This document shows, piece by piece, positions 12,869-25,184 of a DNA stretch of 64,000 nucleotides. The first letter of the stretch is position 1. Each line of letters opens with the position of its first letter. The translations under genes and the position numbers were made by a program. Origin of the DNA: Octopus vulgaris (taxonomy: Eukaryota); NCBI GenBank assembly GCA_951406725.2, contig OX597816.1, forward strand, positions 68,944,001 through 69,008,000, written 5' to 3'. A model generated the notes under the pieces. It was not told where the DNA came from. It searched no databases and saw nothing but the letters and a program-made list of their open reading frames with translations.

Positions 12869-13720
12869 TTGAATATATAGAAAATAGTAAAAAGTGAAAA
12901 AACTACAGAAGGCTTGTTTTAAAAGGTTAAAAAATATATTTGAGTCATTATGTCAGAAGAATGTTATAAAGTTTTTTCATACAGTGACATAGTTTTTGAA
13001 GAAATTACCGGTTTCGTGTTAACTTTTCAAATTTCTCAAAACATCGTGTTATGTCTTCGTTATGAAGTGTAAAAAAAGGTTCCAGGTAAGGGGAGGTAAT
13101 AAGTGATTTCTTCCGGTGTAAGGGAGAGAATCGCTTTATATTTCTTGTCCCTTTTATTTAATGGGGTGAGTTTCTCTGTATAAGAATGTTAGAGTGGTTA
13201 AGTTTGGGCTTATATTTTTCAATGAAGAATGTTTCCTTGTTTAGTCTAATTTGTGTTGGTGTTCCAATAGCACGTTTATAAAATGGAAAGATTAAAAGTT
13301 GTGGTAGTAGTTGCTTTGCGCATTTCTCAATATGCTCACTAAAGGGTATCATTCTGTATTCTGGGAATGCAATCTGTTGTCGATGCAGTGTGTATCTACG
13401 TCTGAGTGATAGTCCCGTGGACCCCACGTAGTTTTGGTGGCAGCCCAAGCATCTTATGACATAAATTATGTTTTCAGAAAAAATGCGCAAAGTAACTACT
13501 ACCACAATTTTTAATCTTTCCATTTTATCATAACGAAGACATAACACGATGTTTTGAGAAATTTGAAAAGTTAACACGAAACCGGTAATTTCTTCAAAAA
13601 CTATGTCACTGTATGAAAAAACTTTATATCATTCTTCTGACATAATGACTCAAATATATTTTTTAACCTTTTAAAACAAGCCTTCTGTAGTTTTTTCACT
13701 TTTTAATGTTTTCTATATAT

Positions 13721-13723
<3 letters not shown>
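12869..13723 (-). mobile_element. 5'-truncated Penelope-like element: GIY-YIG fragment flanked by inverted pseudo-LTRs
   Basis: IIYVIRCLGCHQNYVGSTGLSLRRRYTLH...NKETFFIEKYKPKLN (13158-13480). Near-identical inverted arms 12869-13065 and 13528-13723 contain GAAACCGGTA. Confidence 0.9.
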
Positions 13724-13812
<89 letters not shown>

Positions 13813-13815
<3 letters not shown>

Positions 13816-14319
13816 CGTCGATGCTTCCTAGGGCCAAAAAGCGGTGGTGTAACCCCCTGCTGTCACGTTCACGTTAGGTTGACAGTATACAACCATTCTA
13901 TCGCCCCACCACCGTACATATCTCTATGAGAGATTTAGAAATTTAATAGTTCTGATTTTGGTAATCAGTGAATAAACTTCACTGAAAATTAGATATATAC
14001 ATTTGCGCATCGGGACAGATATTCGTGGCTGACGGGCGTCTGCTAATCTAGACCGATGAAGTACAATGATCCTGAAACATGCGTGTCTCTAGATGCAGGC
14101 CTGGCTGCTGGGGATGTTTGTCTCCCCTTCGTAAATGTATAGAAGGACACAGGAATAATGTGTCAAAGCCATCAGGAAGCGTCGATGCTTCCTAGGGCTA
14201 AGCAGCGGTGCTGTAACCCCTACTGTCACGTTCACGTTAGATTGACAGTATACAACCATTCTATCGCCCCACCACCGTACATATCTCTATGAGAGATTTA
14301 GAATTTTAATATTTCTGAT
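13813..14319 (+). mobile_element. Retrozyme-like element: 364-bp unit plus about 143-bp terminal redundancy, between (TA)n tracts
   Basis: Direct repeats 13813-13956 and 14177-14319, offset 364 bp. Type I HHR inside the unit. No ORF. Confidence 0.75.
14038..14100 (+). ncRNA. Type I hammerhead ribozyme motif
   Basis: gtctgc-ta-atctaga-CCGATGA-AGtA caatga TcCT-GAAA-CATGCGTG-TC-tctagat-gcaggc. Stem I is 7+6 bp with a 2-nt bulge. GUC triplet at 14085-14087. Confidence 0.8.
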
Positions 14320-14346
14320 ATATATATATATATGCATGTATGTAAG

Positions 14347-14378
<32 letters not shown>

Positions 14379-14461
14379 TGTATGTATGTATGTATGTATG
14401 TATGTATGTATGTATGTATGTATGTATGTGTCTATGTATACATGTATTCTTAGTATGATGT

Positions 14462-14700
14462 GGGGACGTATGACCTAGCATTTAGGATTTTGCACTCCTG
14501 ATCGCGTGATTGTGGTTTCAGATCCTAGACTGGGTACTGTGTTTTGTTCTTGAACAAAACACTTTATCTTACATTGTTTACAGACCCTCGGCACCTGACA
14601 CGTGGTACACTGTGTACCTACCCAGGCAACGTCGATTTGGCGGACAGAGTGAGCTAATGTAGGGTACACACATTTTCACTATAAAGACATCGTTCGTGCA
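14462..14700 (+). mobile_element. Degenerate tRNA-derived SINE (family E)
   Basis: tRNA-like head (tgacctagc...gtggtttcagatcc) followed by the gttcttgaacaaaacacttt domain shared with family D. Confidence 0.55.
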
Positions 14701-15011
14701 GGGCGTTCTGCAAATCGCCCTAGGAATCATACGTCAGTTTCGTGGGGAGAAACTTTCATCAGTATAATATACACGACAATTTTCGTCCCATGTTATGGCA
14801 AATGCTCATATCGGGTTTTCTTACAATAAAACAATGTTCTGTAATATACGAGAGTGTTTTATTCACTGTTTCCTGACATATCGCAGCAAATATTTCGTTT
14901 ACGCACATTACAAAATACGCAGAGTGTTGACGAGCCTCAAGAAAGAAGAATTGCGTTTCTTCTTCCCGTGATCTACTGCAGCGTAATGTTTCTCTCCCTC
15001 CGATATATACC

Positions 15012-15252
15012 TATACCTATTTCTTTGCTACACACAAGGGACTAAACACAGAGGGGACAAACAAGGACAGACAAAACGGATTAAGTCGATTATATCGACC
15101 CCAGTGTGTAGCTGGTACTTAATTTGTCGACCCCGAAAGGATGAAAGGCAAAGTCGACCTCGGCGAAATTTGAACTCAGAACGTAACGGCAGACGAAATA
15201 CGGCTACGCATTTCGATCGGCGTGCTAACGTTTCAGCCAACTCACCACCTTA
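15012..15252 (-). mobile_element. SINE family B, single unit
   Basis: Matches 6682-6899. Flanking atatacc at 15005-15011 and 15253-15259. Confidence 0.88.
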
Positions 15253-15552
15253 ATATACCACAGTATATTGTGTTTACTACAAGACTATGAAGGATTTTTA
15301 TCTCAGAGAATCAGACAAAAACCTCCGGGCACATATCGGCCTTGTTAGCCACGGCCGGACGCACACTCTCCCATCTTATTTTCGAATATGATGCCTTTGG
15401 CGATGTGTCAGTATATATATATACAGAGAGAAAGAGAGAGAGAGAGAGATAAGAGGAGAGAGAGTGAGGGATAGATAGATATATAAAGACACGCATATAC
15501 ATATATGTATATATATGTGTGTTTGTGTGTGTATGTATATATATATATATGA

Positions 15553-15585
<33 letters not shown>

Positions 15586-16342
15586 CATATATATCAGACC
15601 ATACATACACGCAAACACGTACACACATACTATGCTCGAGACGATATAGGAAGGAGATGGATAAATTGATAATAGCTTATAGAATATCGATTGTTGGCTA
15701 TACTTCAGTTGATGTAGTTGAGGTTTTGTTATATATTGAAATGCTCTGTTTATTTTTATAGCCAATCATTTGCACATAATTCTGTGTTTCTGCTAATTTC
15801 ACCTATAAAAAGTTTGGGTGTCATTCCTCTGAATGCATGTTTCATTAGTACTTTCCGAGTACAATATCCTCCATGCCATCGAAATTTTCATCTTTGTATC
15901 ATGCTTGACTTTGAACTATGATTTCATGGTCCGTTTATGGGAGATAATAAGTAAGTTGCTTACAGATCATAACATTTCTGTGAAGTTACCAATGTATTTT
16001 CTACAAAAACACTTCTGTTACGTATATTCAGATAATTTTGAACATTTTCTTTCTTCCTTTTGGAATTATTACCTATGCCTTCCATTTTGTCATGGCATAT
16101 GTACTGTATAGTTTCTATGTGTGAACTGATTTATTGCCAACGCCCATATTTCTAACAGGTAGTTTCTATTTAGAGAAAGAATGTGGAGTGATTTCTATGC
16201 ACTTACAAAGCAGTGTTTAGATCGATGGAGGGAAGTAATCCTTTTTGAACTACATTGATTCGCTTCTTATTGAAAGTAAATAAACGTAGGCAAGGTAGAT
16301 ATTCTATGTAACTGGCATTTGGAGGAGATAAGCGTAGGTAAA

Positions 16343-16570
16343 TGCGTGGCTGTGTGATAAGAACCTTACTTCTAAACCACGTGGTTCAGGTGTCTTTGTG
16401 TCTGTCTTTGTCCATTACCACGATCTGGCAACCGATGTCGATGTGTTTTTATGTTCCCAATATCCAACGGCTCGGCAGTAGAGGCCGGTAGAATGAATAC
16501 CAGGCTTCAATAAATAAGTACTATGATCAATTCATTCGACTAAAAATTCTTGAAGGCGGTGCCCCGGCTT
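16343..16570 (+). mobile_element. Degenerate, internally deleted SINE family A copy
   Basis: gcgtggctgtgtgataag...aaccacgtggttc...ataagtac...cgactaaa...ggcggtgccc. Confidence 0.65.
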
Positions 16571-18146
16571 AGTAAAAGATAAAGTCTTCAGTTTGGAGCA
16601 CTCATGTTTTTAGAGAAATACTATCGGTAAAATGAGTAGAAGAGTTTAGAGTATCGTGTATATGATCATGGTAGGTTGCTTTTTTGTCAGAAGAATAAAT
16701 TAGTTTGCTAACTGTCAATGTGACCATGAAACTAAACAAAAGCAGTCAGTGTGTTTCAATGTCCGTAAATGAATTGCATTTCCTTGATGTCTACATTTAT
16801 TTTTTCCATGTTCCCATGTAGGTGTTATATTCCTCTGTAGATTACGTGTATCGATTTCAGATATCAGTAGATATACAAATCTATAATTGAGTAGCTACTC
16901 AATGAGAGAGACTGTTAGAGTCTTCTTTGCTGTCAAAATAACTGTTCGGCGGATCGTTGTCCCTTATGATTCTTATTGTCGGGAATATTTATTATATTTT
17001 ATTCTGGTACCCAATTATGTACTGTTCCTGGCGTTTATGGTGATTTCCTCAAAGTTATTGCTACAGCTTTTCGTGCACTGGTTCTTAAGTAAAGGACATT
17101 ACTGAGAGCACAAGCTGACTGTATGTAGTTAGTTGTAACATTCCTGGTAACTTGTGCAATTATTGTTAGTATGCTCATAGGACTGGTGTATATTTTTACA
17201 GTATCGAAGCATACATTTATCACTCTCATTTTCCTTTTCTTCTTTTTTTATTTTCTGTACAATACTATGCTCCGGTAAATCTGAATTACTTATTTTATTA
17301 ATGCAGATTCTATTCAATAATACATGTTGTGTTAATAACATTCTTCATGATAAACATCTTACTCAACTGGTGAATATTGAAAACGTTGCTGATTCAGACA
17401 AAATTCCACATGCATATACTATGTAGTTACTTTTTGTTATAAGTTGACTTCGCTCTAACTTTAAATTTTTTCCTTAACTTCATACTGAAAACTAAGTACC
17501 CCAGTTCAATCGACTTCAAATATTGCAGTCAAATCTGTGACCATGTTTCGGAGCCAGTTATGTAAATTTGTATCTAGTGTCAGCATGTGTTTTTTCTTTT
17601 ATATTAGGTATATTTTTGATATCCAATCGTTCTGTGTTTATTTTAACAATGGTTCTATTTATAACATTTTAGAAAATAATCTATATAACAAGGAGACGAG
17701 GACAGCATCTACGATAACTTCTCCTTAATTTTGAAAAAATAAAAAATACATAAACCAGATCGTCCACCTGCCATCTGTAAATTAAAGGGAATATTAAATA
17801 ATGTGATCCCAGATATATTGCAATAAGAATTTGAAAAATATGAGAAGAAAGCTTTTTAAATATAGCTGCGTTTATGTAAGGCCTGCCCGGCGTATAATCC
17901 ATGACAACACGTAGTAGATAGCGTTCATCATAAAGCCAATCGATTTTAACAATTTACAAGCAAAATTTAGGCTGTGGTGACACAAATAAAATAAATTTGA
18001 TGGTTACGTTGATGTTAATTAAGAGATATATGGAAACTGGATGTGTTTGAATGAATATATATCTCGGAATAAGCTGTGGAAAATAACGTATTTGTTTGCA
18101 ATTAAATTTATTCAAAAATACTTTTAGATACATACAAGAAAAATGC

Positions 18147-18202
<56 letters not shown>

Positions 18203-18204
<2 letters not shown>

Positions 18205-19012
18205 TAGCTGATGTAAGGTAATTCCCGGGAAAGCGGGGTTTATCCCGTGGTTGCGTTCTCATAAATGTTTCGCTAATTCAATAACAACAATACAAAGCAT
18301 GTAGCCCTTAAAACGTTTTTTTGTGCATTTACAGAGAATATCGAAATATCTTACAGAGGATCTTGCTTTTAGGAACTCCCAATAAGTTACGTATACCTAA
18401 ATTGTAAAGTCAGTTATACAATAACATGAAATTAGTTACCCGATAGTAAGAATTCAAATAAATTAGCCCCGAAAAGGGCTTTAATACGTTCCCAGAATAT
18501 ATAGAAAATAGAAGGAAACATGTTACGTAATAACAGGCTAATCAGATATGAAATAATAGCAGTTCAAAGTAAATGACTCTGAAAAGGGCATTTTTGCGTT
18601 CACAGAGAATATTACCCTCAGGGGCGATAGTATTGTTATATTCGTGAATAAATCACTAACTGAAATAAGTGGATCTATTGTTTAGGAAAATGCTATTTAC
18701 TTGTTTAAGGGTTGTACTAGATAAATTGCAAACATAATTCTAACAGTTCAAATACTTAGAAATAAACATACTCAATTTCATTTTTACCAAATAATTTAGG
18801 AAAATGAATGGGTTATTTCCCTTGGCTATATATAAGGATCCTTCGATGGGCTCTATTATCGATTTCTTTCAACAATTTGAGTAAGCCATATGGTTTCCAG
18901 ACATGAGTTGTATCCACGTGTCAAGTTTCATCAAAATCGATAAAACGATGTAGAAGGAGTTTGCTAACAACTCCACAAACACACCCACAGACAGAATTTC
19001 CAACATATGTAA
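18203..19012 (+). mobile_element. Helentron-associated / DINE-1-like non-autonomous element
   Basis: Starts ACTAGCTG...cccg after (TA)n, has three internal imperfect repeats (gaaaagggc...cagagaatat) and a 3' core aagtttcatcaaaatcg...acaaacacacccacagacaga. This architecture is typical of DINE-1/HINE elements. Confidence 0.55.
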
Positions 19013-19070
19013 TATATATATATATATGTATATGTGTGTGTGTGTGTATGTATGTATAAATATATGTATA

Positions 19071-19410
19071 GGTGCAGGAGTGGCTATGTGGTAAGTAGCT
19101 TGCTTACTAACCACATTGTTCTTGGTTGTCCCACTGCGTAGCACCTTGCGCACGTTTCTTCTACTATAGCCGCGGGCGGCCAAAACCTTGTGTATGTGTG
19201 TCTATGTGTGTGTGTGTTTGTCCCCACCATCGCTTCGCGACCGAGGTTGGTGCGTTTACGTCCCCGTAAATTAGCGATTCGGCAAAAGTGAATGATAGAA
19301 TAAGTACTAGGCTTACAAAGAATAAGGCCTAAGGTCGATTTGTTCTACTATAGACGGTGCTCCAGCATGGCGGCAGTCAAATGACTGAGTCAAATAAAAG
19401 AATGAAGAAT
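19071..19410 (+). mobile_element. SINE family A
   Basis: Head, shortened middle and tail match 2473-2930. Confidence 0.88.
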
Positions 19411-19435
19411 ATACACAAACATCTATATACACACA

Positions 19436-19650
19436 TAGTGGGTGCCGAAATGTTTCTGGCTTTAAGGGCGTCGAGAAAGGCCTGGTTGCAGGCCCAACTT
19501 CCGATCTATTTTACTGGTTTTTCTTGCAAAAAATGAAGGACCGCTGCAATAAGCGTATACATTCGCAATACCTCGAATGAAATCATAATTACTTGATCCT
19601 TTTGTATTTTCTTTGACGCAAAGCCAGAAACATTTCAACGCGCACTCGTA
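19436..19650. mobile_element. mariner-derived MITE
   Basis: Inverted ends gaaatgtttctggcttt / aaagccagaaacatttc; right end ...ctcgTA. Confidence 0.6.
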
Positions 19651-20202
19651 TATGTATATGCTGGAGGGAAATTGAGAAACAAAGATAGGAAGTGAAGCAA
19701 TCCAATAAATAAGACTTTCGTATATTCCTCATACTGAAACAACGGCAACTGAAGTAAACTATGTAAATAAGCGAAATAAAAAGAAATATGGGAGTTACGA
19801 GATAACCTATCTATTGCGAACGAAAAACTAGTAAAACACCAATAAATTTATTGAGATAATCTGTTCGTTATAGCATCATTCTCATAATTTCTTTTCTTAT
19901 TTTGTTTTTGTTATTTTCTGTGATATGATATTTGTAGGCATGCACAGTGCTTAAGCAAAATATATGTAGGAATCTAATTCAGCAACAATGCCTGGATATC
20001 ACGTAATAACACTTTATATATTTGTTCACAGATTTCCTTGATCGCTCTGGCGACGTCGAGTCTAGCGCTTTTATCATCTGATGCGTTTAGGTTTCCAATA
20101 GATATTTATATTTGCTTAAACCTAACGTAAATGAAAAAAAAATATTGGATGTCACACATAACTATATAAGTATGAACATATGTATGTGTATAAGAATATG
20201 TG

Positions 20203-20256
<54 letters not shown>

Positions 20257-20285
20257 CATTATATATATACATATATTTATATGTG

Positions 20286-20318
<33 letters not shown>

Positions 20319-20463
20319 CTATATATATATATCTATATATATATCTATATATATATATCTATATCTATATATATATATATATATTATATATATATATATA
20401 TATATTTATACAGGTTAATATACCCGTTATATACATACATATGCATATATATATGGATGTATG

Positions 20464-21305
20464 TACAGGTTGTGATGGGTACATTGTTTTAATTTCGCAC
20501 ATGCAAGTTGAATATTTTTGATTTTGTGAACAAAACAGCATACTAAGTTCCGCTGGGCACTGTCTGTGCGAAAATCAGTACCATGATGCAAATAATTCTG
20601 CAAGAAATTTGGAAATGACATGCTGTAGTGCATGACATTCACGCCGGTAGCGCGAACACTTCAGAGTGCTTAGGTATCATCCTGAGAACGGTGCAATCTG
20701 AAGACATGTACCGAGACTGATATAAATCAAACATTCAGTCAACAACCAGAAAACAACATAGTGTTTGGAGTGATCACTAGTGATGGCGACGTTACGCCTC
20801 CATTCATCTTCCTACATAGACTCAGACTTAACGCCGAGGCCTACATCGGCATGCTTGGAGTAGTTAGTGCTGCCCTGGGTCAAGAAAGTGGCTGCAGGGA
20901 TCTGCAACATGCTACGCAAGCAAGGGAATCCAGTCATGGCAGTCAGACAATGTAGGTGATCACATCACCCACAGCATGTGGCCAATTAACTCCTCAGACA
21001 GCAAGCCCCTTGATTATTATCTGTGGGGCGCAGATGAGTAAGAGACCAACGACTCTCCTTGTCACAACAAAGATGAACTGAAGTCAAGGATTATGGCAAT
21101 ATTCACCAACTTATACAAGGAGATCGTCCAGAAGAGTTGCAGGAGATTCCGAAGTCGTCTGGAGGCCGTGGTTAATGCCAAGCGCGATTTCATAGAATAT
21201 ATTTACTCCTTAGTTTCTCAAGATATTCTTATGTAAGTTTGGAAAATATATCTGTTAAAATGAGATATCAGTGTTATTCTCATTTTTGCATAGTATAGAC
21301 CTGTA
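20464..21305 (+). mobile_element. Tc1/mariner superfamily (DD37D/maT-like) remnant
   Basis: FGVITSDGDVTPPFIF and WPINSSDSKPLDYYLWG (cf. WPPNSPDLNPLDY.WG). Ends tacagg...cctgta. Confidence 0.7.
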
Positions 21306-21650
21306 TATAAATGCATCATTGTATGCAGATAACATGACCCAACTTATTGAAGAGATCCGCTTTTGGCAGTTCAGATATGTTCTTTATATAAAAATACAAA
21401 CATACTTTCTATAACATTTCCGAAGTGCAGATTCCAGGATAGGTGAATGAAATATAAATGAGTGACAGGGATGTACAGACGTCAATTCATTACAATCGTT
21501 TCAAGTGACTCTGACGCAAACGCTATCTTAGCAATGGTTTAACGTGTTTATCTATCAGTTAAAGGAGTTGCTTGAAAAGGCCGTATTCAATTGACACCTG
21601 TACATCTTTGTTACTCATTTATAAATAAATAAATAAATAAATATTAACAT

Positions 21651-21920
21651 TATAAATTAAGGTATCTACGAGATACCACCATGCTGAAATAGCAGCCATG
21701 ATCTGACTCTAAAACTACCTTAATTGTCCATATATCAACACGGTGAGAAAACAAAGAGACAAGATGAATCTAGTAAAATATTACTGGGTAATTCTAGATC
21801 CCGTGTCTCATAGATACCCTAATTTATTATTTTAATAATTATTACCTTTGAAGGTTATTTTTTCCATACTGACCACTTGATAAAATCATTATTTTATTTT
21901 TAAATTAAAGATCTTATCCT

Positions 21921-22010
<90 letters not shown>

Positions 22011-22251
22011 CAGCCATGATCTGACACTAAAATCTCCTTTTTTACTAGTTTCATCTTGTCTCTTTGTTTTCTCTCCGTGTTGATAAATGGAGAATTAAGG
22101 TGGGTTTAGATTCAGATTATGGCTGCCATTTTCAGCATGATGGTATCTCGTAGATACCCTAATTTATAATTTTAATAATTATTACCTTTGAAGGATTTTT
22201 TCCATGCTGATCACTTGATAAAATCGTTATTTTATTTTTTAAATTAACGAT

Positions 22252-22256
<5 letters not shown>
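21651..22256. repeat. Composite inverted and direct repeat element flanking (TA)n(TG)n
   Basis: 21651-21778 is inverted at about 22040-22168. About 21803-21917 is directly repeated at about 22143-22256. Confidence 0.8.
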
Positions 22257-22296
<40 letters not shown>

Positions 22297-22299
22297 GGA

Positions 22300-22485
22300 T
22301 GTATGTATGTTTGTTTGTGTTTGTCACCCTCAGTATCGCTGACAACCGATGGCAGTGTGTTTACATCCTCGTAAGCTAGTGGTTCGGTGAAAGAGGCCGA
22401 TAGAATATCTACTAATCTTACAAAGAATAAGTCCTGGGGTTGATCTGTCCGACTAAAAGCCGTACTCGGGTATGTCTGCAGTCAT
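22300..22485 (+). mobile_element. SINE family A, 3' half
   Basis: gacaaccgat...ggttcgg..aaagag.ccgatagaata...aagtcctgggg. Confidence 0.8.
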
Positions 22486-23858
22486 GTCTGCAATATATAT
22501 ATATATAGAGAGATAGATAGAATTAAATGAGATAGATAGATAGATGGGGAGAGAGTGAGGTAGAGAGAGAACGAGAGAGAGAGCTACATTCACCTGCGCA
22601 ACAAACATGTTTTGGCTCCTCAATGTGTCACCATTTTCCTTGGTTACTATAACAATATACCTGGGGCTAGATCATGTGTAATCATCTGATTATTTTGTAT
22701 TTTTAGAATCAAATTTGCGCTAATATTATATGGAACAATAAACGGAAAATGTCGAGAAATGTCTTTTGTTGTTTCTCAACCTCAGGCCATTTATTGTTCG
22801 GTCATAACTATGGTGAAAATTGAAGCAAATCCGACATATTTCTTTGCTGCAGTATTATATATTCGGTTATATTTGTTTTTGATGACAATACAGTGTAATT
22901 TAACGGCTGCTACTTCTTGCAAGAACACCCATTTAGAATCCCTCTTGTCATTTCTTTATGTTAGGAACATAGTTTCATAAAGCTTTGCATATCTGTCCAT
23001 CCGTAGCTCTTTCCTCTTCTTTCTGTTATTGCTGTTTGGGAGGACCTGATTATCACAATCTCTCAGTTATTGTCTGTGTTTGAAAAACAATAAGAAGTTG
23101 AAACAGGGATGGCTTTCTGTTGTGATATTATCTATTAGAAATAATGTGATTCAGTATAATTTTCAAATATTCTAATATGTAATCAGACATTTCATGTATA
23201 TAATCTTTTCTTTCGCGTTACACATCATGCCTATCACTTACTTGGCACATAAGAGAGAGGATGAGAGAGAGAGAGAAAGAGAGAGAAAGAGAGAGAGCGA
23301 GACAAAGGGAGAACGATAGGTAGATAGATATACATATATATATAGAGAGACTATGTTTTAGTGTGAAGATGTGGATTCATGGCACGAAGTATGGGTAGTG
23401 TGTCGTATACTGATTCATAGATAGAAATTATTCATGTAACTGGGACGTAGTCGAAAAGGTGAGGCACTCCACCAGCTTTTAGATCTCCCGGTATTTATAT
23501 TCTGCTGTACTTCAGAGCCCATTGCATGTATTTTCAGAAGAGGTAAGCATTCTCATTACTTGAAGACTGTTTATTTGTTCGATCCTCATATTATATAATG
23601 CAAAATCGATCTTAGCGTGATTTGAGCTCAGAATATAAAAAGCTGGATGAAATTTAGGCAATTTGTACGACTCTAACGACTCTACTAATGGGTCATATTA
23701 TGTCTGATTTCCATAAAGCATTTGTACATTGCTGCTATTATTATTGTTGTCTAACTGTAGGTCAGTTTATTCAATGCAGACTCATAACCAAAGATGATTA
23801 AGAAGAGTTATCATGTGATCTTCTATATTCATAATTACTTGAAACCTATATTTTAATG

Positions 23859-24164
23859 GTGTGGAGGCACATGGCCAAGTGGTTAGATCAGCGGACTCGC
23901 AGTCGAGGGATCGCGGGTTCAAATCTCAGACCGGGCGATGTGTGTGTTTATGAGCGAAACATCTAAGCTCCACGCAACTCCGGCAGAAGGTAATAGCGAA
24001 CTTCTGCTGACTCTTTCGCCACAACTTTTTCTCACTCTTTCCTCCTGCATCTTGCAGCTCACCTGCGATGGACCGGCGTCCCGTCCGGGTGGGGAACTTA
24101 TACGCCAAGGAAACCGGGAAACCGGCCGTTATCAGACAGGCGTGGCTCGAGAAGGAACAAACAA
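23859..24164 (+). mobile_element. tRNA-Arg(TCG)-like SINE family C with 12-bp TSD
   Basis: A-box tggccaagtgg, ggacTCGca, B-box ggttcaaatc, cctgcgatggaccggcgtcccgtcc domain. TSD tatattttaatg at 23847-23858 and 24165-24176. Confidence 0.9.
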
Positions 24165-24293
24165 TATATTTTAATGAGTTTAAGGAGAAAAGACAAAAGG
24201 CAATTATTTTCTGCTTTCAAGATTGTTCACGAGAAGAGAAAGTTATTGTACGACCGGGACGAAATATTCGCAACAGAGTTGACACAACTAAAT

Positions 24294-25184
24294 TATTGGG
24301 TCATTCTATAAATGATGCGCTTTATTATACCTCTTTTATTTTTCAAAATAAAGATAAACAAAGTTCTTTTTTTTAATCTAAAATATACTCTCCTTTATTT
24401 TCTACAATACTCTTCTATCTATCTGGTAGACGTGCACGGCCTCTCTTCCATATTCCACTTGTCCGTGCCGAAAAATACTCCTCCACTAGTGTTCTGACCT
24501 ACAGAATTCATATTTTTCCGTCCAAATGACTATGAAGACAGCAGAATGAATTATAATTAGATGGAGAAATGTGCAGTGATTATGGTGGGTGGGGAATTGT
24601 TTCCCATTCAAACTGCTCCAGCCTTTGGAATATCATCCTCGTTGTATGTGACCGAGCATTATCCTGATGGAAGAACACTTTTCATTGTGAAACCAATGAT
24701 TGTCGTTTTTCTATCGCTGTTAAGAATGACTGATTGAATGACCAAATCCGAAGTTCTCTGCTAGTTCTCCAACAGTTACGTGAGTTTTAATTCCACCAAG
24801 GTTTGCAGGACGTCCTCGTCGAGCTCTACAGATCTTCCAGGACGTAGTTTCAAGCTCAGAATTTCTGGAACCACATTTGAGACTGGCTTACGCATTTTGT
24901 CCAATCCTCATACACTGCATTAATATTCCCCGCACTTTCCGTAGCGTAGGTGCCTTTATTGAACTCATAAAGCAAAATATGCCGAATATGCTCCTTTGTC
25001 ACTTCCATTGAAAAAATAACTGTCAAAATCGAACTGCGCTCATTAAAACTTGCGCTAAGAATAAGGTCAACATAAAATTACTACCTGCTTTTATAGAAAG
25101 TCGATGCAGGTTGTTTATCCCGTCCCCTCCAACTGTTAGCTCATGCAATTGTAAAAACCGCATCACTTATGGGAAGACACAATA
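24294..25184 (-). mobile_element. Internally deleted mariner
   Basis: TIRs tattgggtcattctataaatgatgcg / cgcatcacttatgggaagacacaata. Minus-strand N-terminus MEVTKEHIRHILLYEFNKG. Confidence 0.8.

Noticed and set aside
13813-14319. LTR/TRIM or CRISPR interpretation of the direct repeats
   Set aside because: No TG..CA termini, PBS or PPT; only two long repeats; eukaryotic context.
23859-23935. tRNA-Arg gene (also at 44327, 60240 and 250)
   Set aside because: The heads continue into SINE bodies with tails and, in two cases, TSDs; acceptor stems are not intact.
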